64,000 nt of DNA from Pseudobdellovibrionaceae bacterium (GCA_044359815.1 JBIKLL010000003.1:65720-129719), one strand, 5' to 3'. Counted from the stretch's first letter, positions 10,588 through 21,347 are shown. A program made the numbers and translations. The notes: generated by a model not told the origin, from the letters alone.

Positions 10588-11424
10588 TTATAAGTTTCTG
10601 GATAGACCAATCTGTAAAACAGTCTCGTCCTTCACCACAGGGATAGTTCTGTTTTCACCAGAAATGGAACCATTGATTTTGGTTTCAGTGTCTAAGGCAT
10701 ACGATGCAAATATTTTTGATTTGTACTGATTGTCAGCTTCGCCACCGATCATTTTAAAGGGATCTCCATTGGGCCTTGCCACTGCCAATTCAACACCAGC
10801 TGATGCTGATTTTGTAATAGGCAATTCAAAGTTTGCGCTGATTCCATAAATTCTTTCGTTGGCTTTAGTGGCAGTGTAACCTTCCATAAAAGCTTTTGCT
10901 GTAAAAGCAGCTTGATCCAAATAGGTTTCAACACCCACAAATGGTGCAAAGGATGAATAACCTTCAAAATTATTTCCTGACTCTTTGTAGAACAAATTTC
11001 TGTTGCCATCATAAACCACTAACGGATCACGTTTTGATCCTGGTGAAACCTGAGTGTTGATTCCAAAAATCAAAGTCGCAGGTTCATAAACCACTCCGCC
11101 TTTGTAATTGAGCGAAAATCCGCGCAGGCCTGTGATTCTGTGGAACTCGCCCGAATTATCATAGGTGATTTCGCGATTTAAAAAATTGGCTCCAAAGGAA
11201 AACTGATGTGTTTCCATCAAAGTTCTGTTGTACACCAATTCGTAAGATTGCCATTTTTCGGTGCGAGCATTTAGTGAATCGCTGGCGTTGACGAAACCAA
11301 TGTTTAAATCAACCAAGCCTAGATTTTGTTTTTGGTTGGCGATAAAACGGCTTTCAACGGCACTAGCCGCACCGGCGCAAAAAATTAACGAAACCGTCAA
11401 ACTGACCTTCTTAATGAAATTCAT
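10588..11424 (-). CDS. Putative outer-membrane beta-barrel protein
   Basis: Signal peptide, alternating amphipathic strands, C-terminal VLQIGLSRNL. Confidence 0.55.
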   Translation of the reverse strand: MNFIKKVSLTVSLIFCAGAASAVESRFIANQKQNLGLVDLNIGFVNASDSLNARTEKWQSYELVYNRTLMETHQFSFGANFLNREITYDNSGEFHRITGLRGFSLNYKGGVVYEPATLIFGINTQVSPGSKRDPLVVYDGNRNLFYKESGNNFEGYSSFAPFVGVETYLDQAAFTAKAFMEGYTATKANERIYGISANFELPITKSASAGVELAVARPNGDPFKMIGGEADNQYKSKIFASYALDTETKINGSISGENRTIPVVKDETVLQIGLSRNL

Positions 11425-11529
11425 TTTTCCCCCTTGAAAAAAAAGCCCTCTGCTTTTGTAATTAAATAGATACTGTCAGACCCAGTTAAGCATTTCAATG
11501 CCAGGGTAAAATCTATGTCAAAAATAAAT

Positions 11530-12585
11530 TCAGTTTCGCAATGTCCCAATAGACAGTGATTTTTGATAAATTCTGTTCAGTTCGTTTATTGAGGAATCAA
11601 ACAAATCCACATTGATTTGATTGTCACGATTTTTAAGCTCATTTTTAAGACTGGAAATGCTGCCGATTGCTTGCTCCAAATCGCTCAGATCCGAGCTCAG
11701 TACCCAGCCTGTGCGACGGTCAGCAACCAATCCATGCAAAAGGGATTGTTGGATTGAATCCACCATCAATGGACTGACTGTCAATTGACTCAGCTGTCTG
11801 AACTTCACTAATTCACCGATACTTAAATCAAATCCAGCAATCCAACAGGCTTGTGCGTTGAGGTATAAATAAGTTTCCTCGGTCGAGGACAAATTATTTC
11901 CCATGTAATAAAAGTTTTTCTTGGCTTTGCTGGGTCTGGAAGCCAGCACAATAAAACTGTAATCCAGCAGATGCCCCTTTAGCTTGTCTTTCAGATCTTC
12001 GCTTGGATCAAAAGGCAATATTAAATAAGGTTTTGTATTTTGAACTAATTTTTTAACATCACCTATGGATCCCGAATCAATTTCAGACAAATTGATTTGA
12101 TAATTTTTAAGTGGAGGAATGATTGCTGTGTCAGCGGTTTTCATCCATTTGTGATACCGATTAAAATACAGCAGTTGCTGTCGGGTTGAAACGGTGGCCG
12201 CTGACAATTGCCGTAAAAACAAAAATAAATTAGCACTTCTGAATTTTCCAAACGGGAAAAAGAAACTGGCAACATTGCATCGATGGGGCAGGGCCTCCTG
12301 AAATGTCGACAGCACTAAATGGGCAGGTGTAATTTTGACCTTAGGGCTGTCAAAAATAAAATGAACAACGTCAAAATGGTAATGCAAAAACTGAGGCAAA
12401 AATCTGAGCCCTTCTATAAGGGTCCATTTTTCAAAATACGCCAAAATCGGAAACGGAAAAGACTTTATAGCTGGCAGGTTTTTTTTAGTGATGACCAAGA
12501 CGTCTTGTTTTTGGTTGTACAATGACATCGCCAAGGTCTGCGTGCTTTCAGAAAAATCCTTACAGACTAAAGCTATTTTGGCCAT
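11530..12585 (-). CDS. Hypothetical protein, possibly divergent glycosyltransferase (GT-B-like)
   Basis: 351 aa; MAKIALV...DVLVIT, FDVVHF, LVADRRTGWVL resemble a GT4 layout. Confidence 0.5.
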   Translation of the reverse strand: MAKIALVCKDFSESTQTLAMSLYNQKQDVLVITKKNLPAIKSFPFPILAYFEKWTLIEGLRFLPQFLHYHFDVVHFIFDSPKVKITPAHLVLSTFQEALPHRCNVASFFFPFGKFRSANLFLFLRQLSAATVSTRQQLLYFNRYHKWMKTADTAIIPPLKNYQINLSEIDSGSIGDVKKLVQNTKPYLILPFDPSEDLKDKLKGHLLDYSFIVLASRPSKAKKNFYYMGNNLSSTEETYLYLNAQACWIAGFDLSIGELVKFRQLSQLTVSPLMVDSIQQSLLHGLVADRRTGWVLSSDLSDLEQAIGSISSLKNELKNRDNQINVDLFDSSINELNRIYQKSLSIGTLRN

Positions 12586-13019
12586 GTGCCACCAATCAGC
12601 TTCAGCAATCGATCCAATATTTTGCGATTGGCCTCTGGGATGCTGCGATTTTTAAGCTCTTCGGGTAAAATCCATTCAATCATCATATGGTGTTTGGGTT
12701 TGGGTTCACCCTTCCAAAACAGAATTTCATAAAACAAAATCAAAATATTCACATCACCGTAGGACTGCGTGATCGACAATTTTATTTCGCCAACTTCGGC
12801 GTCGATGCCCAGTTCTTCCTTCAGCTCACGGTGCAGAGCCTGCTCAGGTGTTTCGCCTTTTTCAATTTTGCCACCGGGGAATTCCCACTGACCGGCCAGC
12901 GAATTGTTTTCAGGGCGTTGGCCTACCAGAATCATATTACCCTTTTTTATAAAACCTGCGACGACGGGGATCCAGTGGGCTTTCTTAAGTCTGCTTTTTG
13001 AATTCTGTGAATCGGTCAT
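12573..13019 (-). CDS. mutT: NUDIX hydrolase, MutT-like
   Basis: WEFPGGKIEKGETPEQALHRELKEELGI Nudix box. Confidence 0.85.
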   Translation of the reverse strand: MTDSQNSKSRLKKAHWIPVVAGFIKKGNMILVGQRPENNSLAGQWEFPGGKIEKGETPEQALHRELKEELGIDAEVGEIKLSITQSYGDVNILILFYEILFWKGEPKPKHHMMIEWILPEELKNRSIPEANRKILDRLLKLIGGTWPK

Positions 13020-14011
13020 AACTGACGATCCTTTGCAGGTGTGAAATGATCATAGCATTGCTGGAAAAAATAAGGGCCATTAAAAACCAAACCACTGTAC
13101 GATTGCACTAAATCAGCTCCCAGATCCAATCTGATTTTGACCTCTGAACAATCAGTCACTCCACCCACTGAAACCAGCAAAAAATCTTTGCGCCGATCGC
13201 CTAACAGACGGTGAGCCGTTGATAATTTATTTCTGGAAATTTCTTTCAAACAAGAGCCCGACAAACCGCCCTCGGTGGGAAAATCCGGTGCATTGATTCG
13301 ACTGGTGGTGGTGTTGGTTAAAATAAACCCACCGATTTTGTAACTGATGCCTAAATTGACTGTGTCACTAAAATCTTGTTCAGATAAATCAGGGCTCAGT
13401 TTCACAAAAACCGGCCGGGATCCTACGGTTTCCATCACGGACTCAATAATAGTTTTCAAACCGTCGGCTTTTTGCAATACCCGCAGATCTTTGGTGTTTG
13501 GTGAACTGACATTGATTACAAAAGCATCTGCGATGGGATTCAATCTTTCAGCAGCAGCGGCATAGTCCCTGTGTGATTCATCGTTAGGTGTTTGACGGTT
13601 TTTACCGATATTAACAAACAAAGGAAGCTTCAAATCCTCTTGTTGTCTGAGGACATTAAATAAAACTTCATCAGCTCCATCGTTTGGAAAACCCATTTTG
13701 TTCCACAGCAAATTTTTTTGCCAATCACGATCGATGATTTTACCCGGGTTTGGTTTTTGTGCCAATGGTGTCACTGTGCCAATTTCTAAAAAACCACAAC
13801 CCAGTCTCTGCCAATCTAAAATATTAACGGCATTTTTATCAACACCACCAGCTATTCCCAATCGGTTTCTGAAATACAATCCCTTCCAATAAAAATCATT
13901 CCACACAAAATCACAATTGGGGTCAGCCTTTACAAAGGGCAAAACTGCGGGCGCAAGCCAATGCCCCCATTGTGCCGGGATGAATTTAAATGTTTCAAAA
14001 AATTTATTCAT
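13016..14011 (-). CDS. pyrD: Dihydroorotate dehydrogenase (quinone, class 2)
   Basis: GIAGGVDKN, EIGTVTP..Q, NKMGFPN, NIGKN, NVSSPNT, KLSPD, GGLSG. Likely ATG at 14011 overlaps the gdhA stop (TAATG). Confidence 0.92.
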   Translation of the reverse strand: MNKFFETFKFIPAQWGHWLAPAVLPFVKADPNCDFVWNDFYWKGLYFRNRLGIAGGVDKNAVNILDWQRLGCGFLEIGTVTPLAQKPNPGKIIDRDWQKNLLWNKMGFPNDGADEVLFNVLRQQEDLKLPLFVNIGKNRQTPNDESHRDYAAAAERLNPIADAFVINVSSPNTKDLRVLQKADGLKTIIESVMETVGSRPVFVKLSPDLSEQDFSDTVNLGISYKIGGFILTNTTTSRINAPDFPTEGGLSGSCLKEISRNKLSTAHRLLGDRRKDFLLVSVGGVTDCSEVKIRLDLGADLVQSYSGLVFNGPYFFQQCYDHFTPAKDRQL

Positions 14012-15300
14012 TATCTTGGGTACAGTCCACGCAGAAGCATTGCTTTTTCCAGTCTGGCAACAGCCACAGCCATCGCTGCAGTTCGCATGTCGACGTTTTT
14101 TTCTTTCGACAGGGTAAAGCACTTTTCAAATGCAGGGACTATGATGTCGCGAAGTTTTTCGTTGATTTCTTTTTCGCTCCAAAAAAACGACATGGTATCT
14201 TGCACCCACTCAAAATAACTGACAACCACACCACCGCCATTGGCGACGATATCAGGAACTACGAAAATCCCTTTTTTGTGCAAAATTTTGGTAGCGTTAT
14301 TGGTCACAGGTCCATTGGCGCCTTCGACGATCATTTTAGTTTTAAGTTTTTCGGCATTATTTGAATCAATGACTCCTTCAAGAGCACAAGGCAACAGGGC
14401 ATCGCATTCCAGCTCGATCAAAGCTTCGTTGGTGATTTTTTGAGTTTTCGGAAATCCTGTTACGACTTTGTTGTTCTTAACAAACTCAATCAGTTCAGGA
14501 ATATTTAATCCATCACCATTAAAAATTCCACCACTGACATCGGACACGGCTAAAACTTTGGCGCCCCTCTCATAGGCATAAAGTGCTGCATGAGAACCCA
14601 CATTACCAAATCCTTGAATCACGATTTTTGATCCCTTGATAGATTTGCCGATTTTTTCAAATGCTTTTTCAGTCACGTAAATCACGCCTAATCCTGTGGC
14701 ACCAGCGCGACCAAGTGAACCTCCAATTTCAACGGGCTTTCCAGTCACCACTCCGGGTACGAAATATCCCTGTTCCTGCGAATAAGTATCCATCATCCAT
14801 GCCATTGTTTGTGGATCTGTTCCCACATCAGGTGCAGGGATGTCGACTTGAGGTCCAATAAAAGGTCCTAATTCAGAAGTGTATCTGCGAGTTAAATTTT
14901 GTTTTTCAGTGCGCGACAGTTTTGTGGGATCAACAGTGATCCCGCCTTTACCGCCACCATAGGGTAAACCCATCACCGAATTTTTGATTGTCATCAAACA
15001 AGCCAAGCCAACGACTTCACCCATATCAACATTTTGATGGTATCTGATTCCGCCTTTGAAAGGTCCCAGCGTTGAATTGTACTGCACTCGGTATCCTGTA
15101 AAAACTTTGACTGTGTAATCGTCCATTCTGACTGGGACGGCAACAGCCAAACAGCGTTTTGGTTTTTGCAACCTTGCCATAACATTTTTGTCACAGTTTA
15201 TCAGTGTACCGGCTTCTTCGATGGCTTTAAGTGCGTTCGTAAAAAGGGGATGTGTTAAATGATGATCAACGGCTTGCGAAGTGTGTTGAACCTCTGGCAT
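14011..15300 (-). CDS. gdhA: Glu/Leu/Phe/Val-family dehydrogenase (glutamate dehydrogenase)
   Basis: GPFKGGIRYH, GGGKGG, DIPAPDVGT, QGFGNVG, EGANGP; start taken at MPEVQ (15300). Confidence 0.92.
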   Translation of the reverse strand: MPEVQHTSQAVDHHLTHPLFTNALKAIEEAGTLINCDKNVMARLQKPKRCLAVAVPVRMDDYTVKVFTGYRVQYNSTLGPFKGGIRYHQNVDMGEVVGLACLMTIKNSVMGLPYGGGKGGITVDPTKLSRTEKQNLTRRYTSELGPFIGPQVDIPAPDVGTDPQTMAWMMDTYSQEQGYFVPGVVTGKPVEIGGSLGRAGATGLGVIYVTEKAFEKIGKSIKGSKIVIQGFGNVGSHAALYAYERGAKVLAVSDVSGGIFNGDGLNIPELIEFVKNNKVVTGFPKTQKITNEALIELECDALLPCALEGVIDSNNAEKLKTKMIVEGANGPVTNNATKILHKKGIFVVPDIVANGGGVVVSYFEWVQDTMSFFWSEKEINEKLRDIIVPAFEKCFTLSKEKNVDMRTAAMAVAVARLEKAMLLRGLYPR

Positions 15301-15325
15301 ATAAGTCCTTTCGTTTAATAGGACT

Positions 15326-17071
15326 ATGTTAATGACGGAGGCTTTGGTAAGTCGAGTGAGGGAGCATTTCAGCAATTGTTTTAATAAGGTGACTTGGCTA
15401 GTCATTTTGTCAGTGGTGCCTAGGTTGGTTTTGGCCGATTCACCACCGGCTGTGAACGACTACAGAAGCGAGCTATTTAGAAATTTGTCAGGCCGTCAGA
15501 TTGAAATTTTAAAGCCCGACGATGCTTGGGGCGCTGAATCCAACCTGAAGCTGCCTTTTTGGGCACAGGCTTTTAATGCCGAATTTTTAAAAATCTCACC
15601 TGTAAAATTTAATTCAGACTTTGAAATCTGTCTGAGCCAGTTTAGTTTTTCGCAATGCCAAGACAAACTGATCACAGGCCCGCGGGCTTTGTTGATCAGC
15701 GGACTGACAGCTGTGATGATGAGATGGGAAGTTCAACAAATCCCCTATGCAAATGCCATTCGAATTTCACTAAGCAACGGCAGTCAGCTAAAAGGTTTAT
15801 TGGGTTTAAAGCCTGACGCAAAACCGCGGCCGCTGGTGATTGTCAGGCCAGGGATTTTTTGTGCAGGGACAGAAATTTATGGGGAACGGTTTTTGTGGTA
15901 CATGCTTTTTGAGCAAACTGATTTTAATATTTTAGTTTTGGAAAGCGTCAGCAGTGCTGATTTTATTTTGCACAATTCAAAACCAGAGTCCGCAGGCTAT
16001 GGCGAAAACCAACAAAATATCGAAATCATCAAAGCCCTGCGATCACCACAAGAGCCTTTATCAAAGAGGGTCTCTGAAATTCACTTAGTCGGAATGAGCC
16101 TTGGGGGACCTGGGGTTTTGCTGACAGCAAAATCTGATGTGGCCAAAACCATTGCCAGCGTGACGACGATGTGTCCGTTGATTGATTTACCGGGAACCAT
16201 AAAAAAACAAAGCGAAAACCGTCTGGCTAAATGGGTTTCCAATAATTGGGCGGGCAGCAGGTTGTCAGCAGTTATGGATCGCATTGACAGAAAAACAGAT
16301 TTTTTAGTTCAAGATTTTTTTGCATTTTTAAACAGCAATAATCCCAATTGGCAGTGGCAGGATTTTTTGGGGCCTTACAAAACCCCTGTCACTGTGATTC
16401 AAACCCAGGATGATCCTTTAGTGGACAGCGCGATTAATTTTTCAAGACTGCAGCCAACGCCAATGGAAGGCAAAAATCAAAATGCCAAATGGCTTAAGCA
16501 GCAAGCCTATCACCAAGACCCTAAACCCGATTTGCATTTGCTGCCAGAAGGGATTCATTGTTCCTTTTGGGTGCCTTATGATTGGAAATGGGCTTCGGAA
16601 TTTTTAACTGAAAAAATCCTCAAACGCAGCGATCCCCAATTGTGGAATCAGCAAATTCAAAAATGGCCATTGACCAATCCTGGCCAACAGAACGGAGATT
16701 TTGTTAAATTGGCCTTGGATCCTGCGGTTGAAAAGGTTTTTTATCTGGCTGATGTGCAATTTGGTGCGAATTTTGAAGAACCATTAGATGCGAAAGTTGA
16801 AGAACAAACTGATGCGAAATTTGAAAGCGTCGAAATTTTATTAAAAGTCGCAGTCGTGTCATCCCATGAATTTAATCAATCCTGGTTTGCAAAATGGCTG
16901 ACCCCTCATCATTGGCAAATCTTCAAAATAGATTCAGCAAAATTTGGATTTAGCCGCCAGTATCTGCAGTTTCAAAAATCTAGGGATCAAGCGCGTTTGT
17001 ACCTGAGACAGAATCTGAAGTTTTCAGTCAGTGACAATCAATTGGTAGCTCAATGGAAAATGATTGAATGA
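15326..17071 (+). CDS. Putative secreted alpha/beta-hydrolase
   Basis: HLVGMSLGG nucleophile elbow, QDDPLV, GIHC; start uncertain. Confidence 0.7.
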   Translation: MLMTEALVSRVREHFSNCFNKVTWLVILSVVPRLVLADSPPAVNDYRSELFRNLSGRQIEILKPDDAWGAESNLKLPFWAQAFNAEFLKISPVKFNSDFEICLSQFSFSQCQDKLITGPRALLISGLTAVMMRWEVQQIPYANAIRISLSNGSQLKGLLGLKPDAKPRPLVIVRPGIFCAGTEIYGERFLWYMLFEQTDFNILVLESVSSADFILHNSKPESAGYGENQQNIEIIKALRSPQEPLSKRVSEIHLVGMSLGGPGVLLTAKSDVAKTIASVTTMCPLIDLPGTIKKQSENRLAKWVSNNWAGSRLSAVMDRIDRKTDFLVQDFFAFLNSNNPNWQWQDFLGPYKTPVTVIQTQDDPLVDSAINFSRLQPTPMEGKNQNAKWLKQQAYHQDPKPDLHLLPEGIHCSFWVPYDWKWASEFLTEKILKRSDPQLWNQQIQKWPLTNPGQQNGDFVKLALDPAVEKVFYLADVQFGANFEEPLDAKVEEQTDAKFESVEILLKVAVVSSHEFNQSWFAKWLTPHHWQIFKIDSAKFGFSRQYLQFQKSRDQARLYLRQNLKFSVSDNQLVAQWKMIE

Positions 17072-17139
17072 TTTTGAGCTTTAAAAACTTAACTAACTGC
17101 TGATTGAAATTCAGCACCGAGTGTGATTGAATCCAGAAT

Positions 17140-18177
17140 ATGACAACATCAAAAATTATAAAAATGCCTGCCACAGACAAACACAAACAGAAGATCATTG
17201 ATACGGTCCAAAAAATGAGTGCCAAAAAAATAATGGTGATTGGTGATGTGGGTGTGGATGAATACGTGATGGGCGAGGTTCGCAGAATCAGCCCCGAGGC
17301 TCCGGTGCCTGTGTTGGAGGTTGAATCTGAAGACATTCGTATTGGATTATCAGGAAACGTCGCTCAAAATATCAGAAGCCTTGGTGGGGAGCCCATACTG
17401 ATCGGAACGATTGGCAAGGATCGCGGTGGGGAAACCTTTCAGGAGCTTTGCAAAAAATCAAAAATCGATTTGCAGTATCTGATCAATGATGCCGACAGGC
17501 CCACGACCCGAAAAATAAGATTTATGGCCAAACATTATCATCTGGTCAGAGTGGATTTTGAAACCAGGAAATTTATCAACAAAGAAACCGAAGCAAAAAT
17601 CTTGAAACAGGTCGAAGCTCAGATTGATCATTGCGAATCAGTTATCATTCAGGACTATGCCAAGGGAACCATCACAGAAACCTTGGTAAAAAGCGTAGTC
17701 GGTGTTGCTCATAAAAAAAACAAACCTGTATTTGTGGACCCACATCGCAGTAACAATGCAGAATTTTATAAAGGTTGTGATTTAATAAAACCTAATTTTG
17801 AAGAATCTGTGGTGTTATCCAAAATGACTTTTGATGAATTGCGGGATCATCCCTCTAAGATTGAAGAAATGGGCTGGCAGTTGCAAAAATACAGCTCGGC
17901 AAAACAAGTAGTCATGACCCGAGGTAAATTGGGAATGATGGTGTTTGATGACGGTCGGATCACTGAAATTCCGACTTACGCCAGACAGGTTTTTGATGTG
18001 ACGGGTGCTGGTGATACGGTGATAGCTGCTTTGGCGTTGGGTTTGGCATCGGGATTAAATCTGGTGGAATCCAGCATGATGGCGACTTTTGCTGCGGGTG
18101 TTGTCGTTGGACAGGTGGGATGTGTTCCCTGCACGACTCAGCAATTGATTGATTATATAAAATCCATTCCTGCCTGA
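17140..18177 (+). CDS. rfaE1: D-glycero-beta-D-manno-heptose-7-phosphate kinase (RfaE domain I)
   Basis: GEVRRISPEAPVPV, QDYAKG, VFDVTGAGDTV. Confidence 0.9.
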   Translation: MTTSKIIKMPATDKHKQKIIDTVQKMSAKKIMVIGDVGVDEYVMGEVRRISPEAPVPVLEVESEDIRIGLSGNVAQNIRSLGGEPILIGTIGKDRGGETFQELCKKSKIDLQYLINDADRPTTRKIRFMAKHYHLVRVDFETRKFINKETEAKILKQVEAQIDHCESVIIQDYAKGTITETLVKSVVGVAHKKNKPVFVDPHRSNNAEFYKGCDLIKPNFEESVVLSKMTFDELRDHPSKIEEMGWQLQKYSSAKQVVMTRGKLGMMVFDDGRITEIPTYARQVFDVTGAGDTVIAALALGLASGLNLVESSMMATFAAGVVVGQVGCVPCTTQQLIDYIKSIPA

Positions 18178-18346
18178 ACTTTGGTATTGGTCAGCTGATG
18201 AAATTTTGTTTTTTATACTGAAAATGTCTCTTAAACCAAACATAACTGCGCCCTTAGAGGCGATTCCTAAATGATCCAGACCAGGTTCTAAAAAAATTAG
18301 TCTTGGTCCAATCCAAATTCGCGAAAACATTTTGGATAATAAAGAA

Positions 18347-19420
18347 ATGCATAGGATTTTGCTTTTTGCTTTTTTATTGTTCATCGGTGCTGCAGGAACT
18401 GCAAAAGCTGCCGAAGTTTTTGAGCTTTACCAAAGCGCCCGTTTTTTGGGGATGGGCGGGGCGATGATCGCAATCGCCAATGATGAAACAGCTTTGCTGG
18501 CTAACCCCGCAGGACTGGGCCGAGTCCGTGGATCCTATGGAACTTTATTTGATCCAGAAGTTGAATTGGGTTCTAACGGGTATTCTATGTACAAGGCACA
18601 GGCTTTTTCAAATCCCTTTGAGCCTTCTGGAATAGTCGACACAGTCAATGCTGTCAGGAACGAATGGTTTCATGCCAAGCAGCAGATTTTTCCATCCTAT
18701 GTCGTCAGAAATTTTGGAATCGGCATTTTGGCAAAAAATGAAATCAACGTTCGGATGAACGAAGCCGGAACCTTGATGGAAACTTATTATCACGAGGACC
18801 GTGTGGCCGTTTTAGGTATTAACTTTAGATGGTTTGATGGCCGCGTAAAATTGGGCGCCAGTTTAAAAGGAATTTCCCGAGTAGAAATCGCTGCAGATTT
18901 GGACACAACGGCTTCCTTGGATATTCCTAACGTGGCTTCAGAGGGCGCCGCCGTTGCCACTGATGTGGGTCTGATTTTAACAGGGCCATGGGCCACGTTG
19001 CCAACCATTGCAGCTGTTTTGCATGACGTGGGCGGAACCAAATTCACTAGCAGCAGTGGACTCAGGTTTTCTGGAACGACTAGGCCTGCAGACATCGATC
19101 AAGATATTGATGTGGCGGTTGCGATGTTTCCGATTCATGAAAACAGAATCAGATCAGCTTTCACTGTCGAGCAAAAAAACATAAAAGCAGCGGCTGCCGA
19201 GGACGATAAAAGCAAATACCTGCATGCGGGGTGGGAGCTGAATATGTATGACGTTTTGTTTATGAGACTGGGCATGAACCAAAGATATTGGACAGCTGGT
19301 TTTGAGCTAGCATCCGAGCACACTCAGGTTCAGTTTGCCAGTTATGGTGAGGAAGTTGGAGACGCGACAAATAATTTAGAGGACAGAAGATATGTTTTTA
19401 AATTCAGCTTTAGATTTTAG
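18347..19420 (+). CDS. Outer-membrane beta-barrel, TraF_2/PorV/FadL-like N-terminus
   Basis: Signal peptide; ARFLGMGGA..A.ANDETALLANPAGL; C-terminal aromatic beta-signal FKFSFRF. Confidence 0.7.
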   Translation: MHRILLFAFLLFIGAAGTAKAAEVFELYQSARFLGMGGAMIAIANDETALLANPAGLGRVRGSYGTLFDPEVELGSNGYSMYKAQAFSNPFEPSGIVDTVNAVRNEWFHAKQQIFPSYVVRNFGIGILAKNEINVRMNEAGTLMETYYHEDRVAVLGINFRWFDGRVKLGASLKGISRVEIAADLDTTASLDIPNVASEGAAVATDVGLILTGPWATLPTIAAVLHDVGGTKFTSSSGLRFSGTTRPADIDQDIDVAVAMFPIHENRIRSAFTVEQKNIKAAAAEDDKSKYLHAGWELNMYDVLFMRLGMNQRYWTAGFELASEHTQVQFASYGEEVGDATNNLEDRRYVFKFSFRF

Positions 19421-20225
19421 AAAAATATTTTTAATTTCCATCGTACTGAGCTGTGTTGGTTGCACAAACATTTTCAAAGCCAGTGCTAACAAAGGTACCG
19501 ATGAGGCAATTGCTTTTGAAATCAGAAAAGCAATCAATTCTGGCAGCTATGATGAGGCTATAACTTTGATTGCCACATTGAGTGCTGATTACAGATACAC
19601 AAAGCCGGCAGTGCATTTAGCAGCGGCAGCTTATGCTGGCAAATGCGGATTGAACTTTGCCGATTTCACTGAGGACCTGGGGGCCGGTGCAGGGTCTGAT
19701 CCCTTTATGCTGTGGATGATGAAGCTGTGGCATACAAAAGTCGTTGATTATACAAATTGCGTCTCGGCACAAACCGAAATGGAAAGACTGGCCAGCTCGT
19801 ATGCGACCAGGGATTCTGAAGACGCATTTTTTATGGTGATTTTAGGAATGGTTAAGATCGGGACTCTGTTGTTTGAAATCGTAGACACCGATGACGATCA
19901 GGTTCCAGACAATCCACCCTTTGACGGTGCTCTTCCCTCCTTCTGTGATGCAAATAATTTTTCAGACGCACTGACGGCCGAAATCGGAAGTGGCATTGGC
20001 ATGGTGATCGGAAATTTGACCCAAGTGGGTTCCAGTATTTCGGGCGTGGACACGACAGCCTTTGATGCCGCTTGCACAGCATTGGCCGCGGGTTTAGGTG
20101 GGGTGAATCCCTGTCTGATCGAGGATCGAGCTGTATTTTTGGCAGACAACAATAAGCTGAAAGCCATTCGTACATTGCTCAACACCAATTCAGCCGGAGT
20201 CATTAACGGAGCCCCATGTCCTTAA
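19392..20225 (+). CDS. Putative lipoprotein, helical and Cys-containing
   Basis: Hydrophobic stretch then VLSCVGC lipobox-like; overlaps both neighbours. Confidence 0.65.
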   Translation: MFLNSALDFRKIFLISIVLSCVGCTNIFKASANKGTDEAIAFEIRKAINSGSYDEAITLIATLSADYRYTKPAVHLAAAAYAGKCGLNFADFTEDLGAGAGSDPFMLWMMKLWHTKVVDYTNCVSAQTEMERLASSYATRDSEDAFFMVILGMVKIGTLLFEIVDTDDDQVPDNPPFDGALPSFCDANNFSDALTAEIGSGIGMVIGNLTQVGSSISGVDTTAFDAACTALAAGLGGVNPCLIEDRAVFLADNNKLKAIRTLLNTNSAGVINGAPCP

Positions 20226-21328
20226 AAATTCTGCTGACTATTTTGATCGGTTATTTTTCAAATGCTGTAGAGCTATTTGATTACAATCAATCAGTCAGAC
20301 AATTGGGCATGGGTGGCGTTTATATTTTTGACGAAAACGATGCGGGTTCATTATTAAACAATCCTGCTTACACCTGTTATACCGAGGGCATGAACTGGAC
20401 AATTTTTAATATTGGTGTAGGCATCAACGGATTGCAAATTTACAATGACTTAACCAGTATCGGTACTATTGATGGAATCGGATCACTGACGCCGTTGTAT
20501 GGTAAAAATATTTGGGTCGGCGCTGGTGGGCATACGACGATGACCTTTCCCTGTTTTGGATTCAGCGGATATGATGCCGGTGGTGCTGGATTTCAGCTAT
20601 ACAATCCACCCTTTCCTAATATGGACATGACCTACATTAATGACTACGCAATTATGGGTGGCGGTGCTTTCAAGCTGGGACCTATTTTATCCATGGGTTT
20701 AAATGTTAAAAGAATCACTCGTGTTGGTGGAACCGCCACTGTGGGTGCCAGTACCTTGGCGTCTGCGACATCGTCATCACTGCTAAATGTGTTTTCAAAT
20801 GAAGGCAATGGTTACGGAATTGATGTGGGCCTGGCTGCCAGGTTTGATTCGTTGCCATTTAATCCGACGTTTTCAATGATGTGGAAGGACGCTGGATCAG
20901 TTCAGTTTGTAAAATCAAAGGGCAGTGATTCACCAGACAGGCTTAAGGACAATATGATTTTGGCTGCAACCGTCGAGGGCAGCATACCCCTGTTGGGTTT
21001 TGCGGCGGGCATCGAATACCGACACGTGACTGAAAGTGGCGAACAATTTGGTAAAAAGCTGCACCTGGGCACAGAGCTGACCGTAGCAATGTTTGATTTA
21101 AGAGCAGGATTTTACCAAGGGTACACCACCTACGGTGTGGGCGTGGATTTATTTTTAATGCAACTAAATGCAGCTACTTATTCGGTTGAAAAGGGTGCTT
21201 ACCCTGGGCAGAGCGAAGACGCCAGGATTCAGGTATCTTTGGACGCTACGCTGAGTTTTGATCCCAGTTTTAATTTGGTGGGATTTGGCGCTGCAAACAA
21301 AAAACGAAAGCTTAAACAAAGACGCTAG
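20216..21328 (+). CDS. Outer-membrane beta-barrel, paralogue of 18347-19420
   Basis: Signal peptide; VRQLGMGGV...LLNNPA; DLRAGFYQGYTTYGVG; basic C-terminal tail. Confidence 0.65.
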   Translation: MSLKILLTILIGYFSNAVELFDYNQSVRQLGMGGVYIFDENDAGSLLNNPAYTCYTEGMNWTIFNIGVGINGLQIYNDLTSIGTIDGIGSLTPLYGKNIWVGAGGHTTMTFPCFGFSGYDAGGAGFQLYNPPFPNMDMTYINDYAIMGGGAFKLGPILSMGLNVKRITRVGGTATVGASTLASATSSSLLNVFSNEGNGYGIDVGLAARFDSLPFNPTFSMMWKDAGSVQFVKSKGSDSPDRLKDNMILAATVEGSIPLLGFAAGIEYRHVTESGEQFGKKLHLGTELTVAMFDLRAGFYQGYTTYGVGVDLFLMQLNAATYSVEKGAYPGQSEDARIQVSLDATLSFDPSFNLVGFGAANKKRKLKQRR

Positions 21329-21347
21329 TTAAGTTATAACTTTTGAA

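Noticed and set aside
18347..21328. Conjugative element suggested by TraF-like proteins
   Set aside because: No relaxase, coupling protein or VirB4 nearby; the genes lie among core genes.
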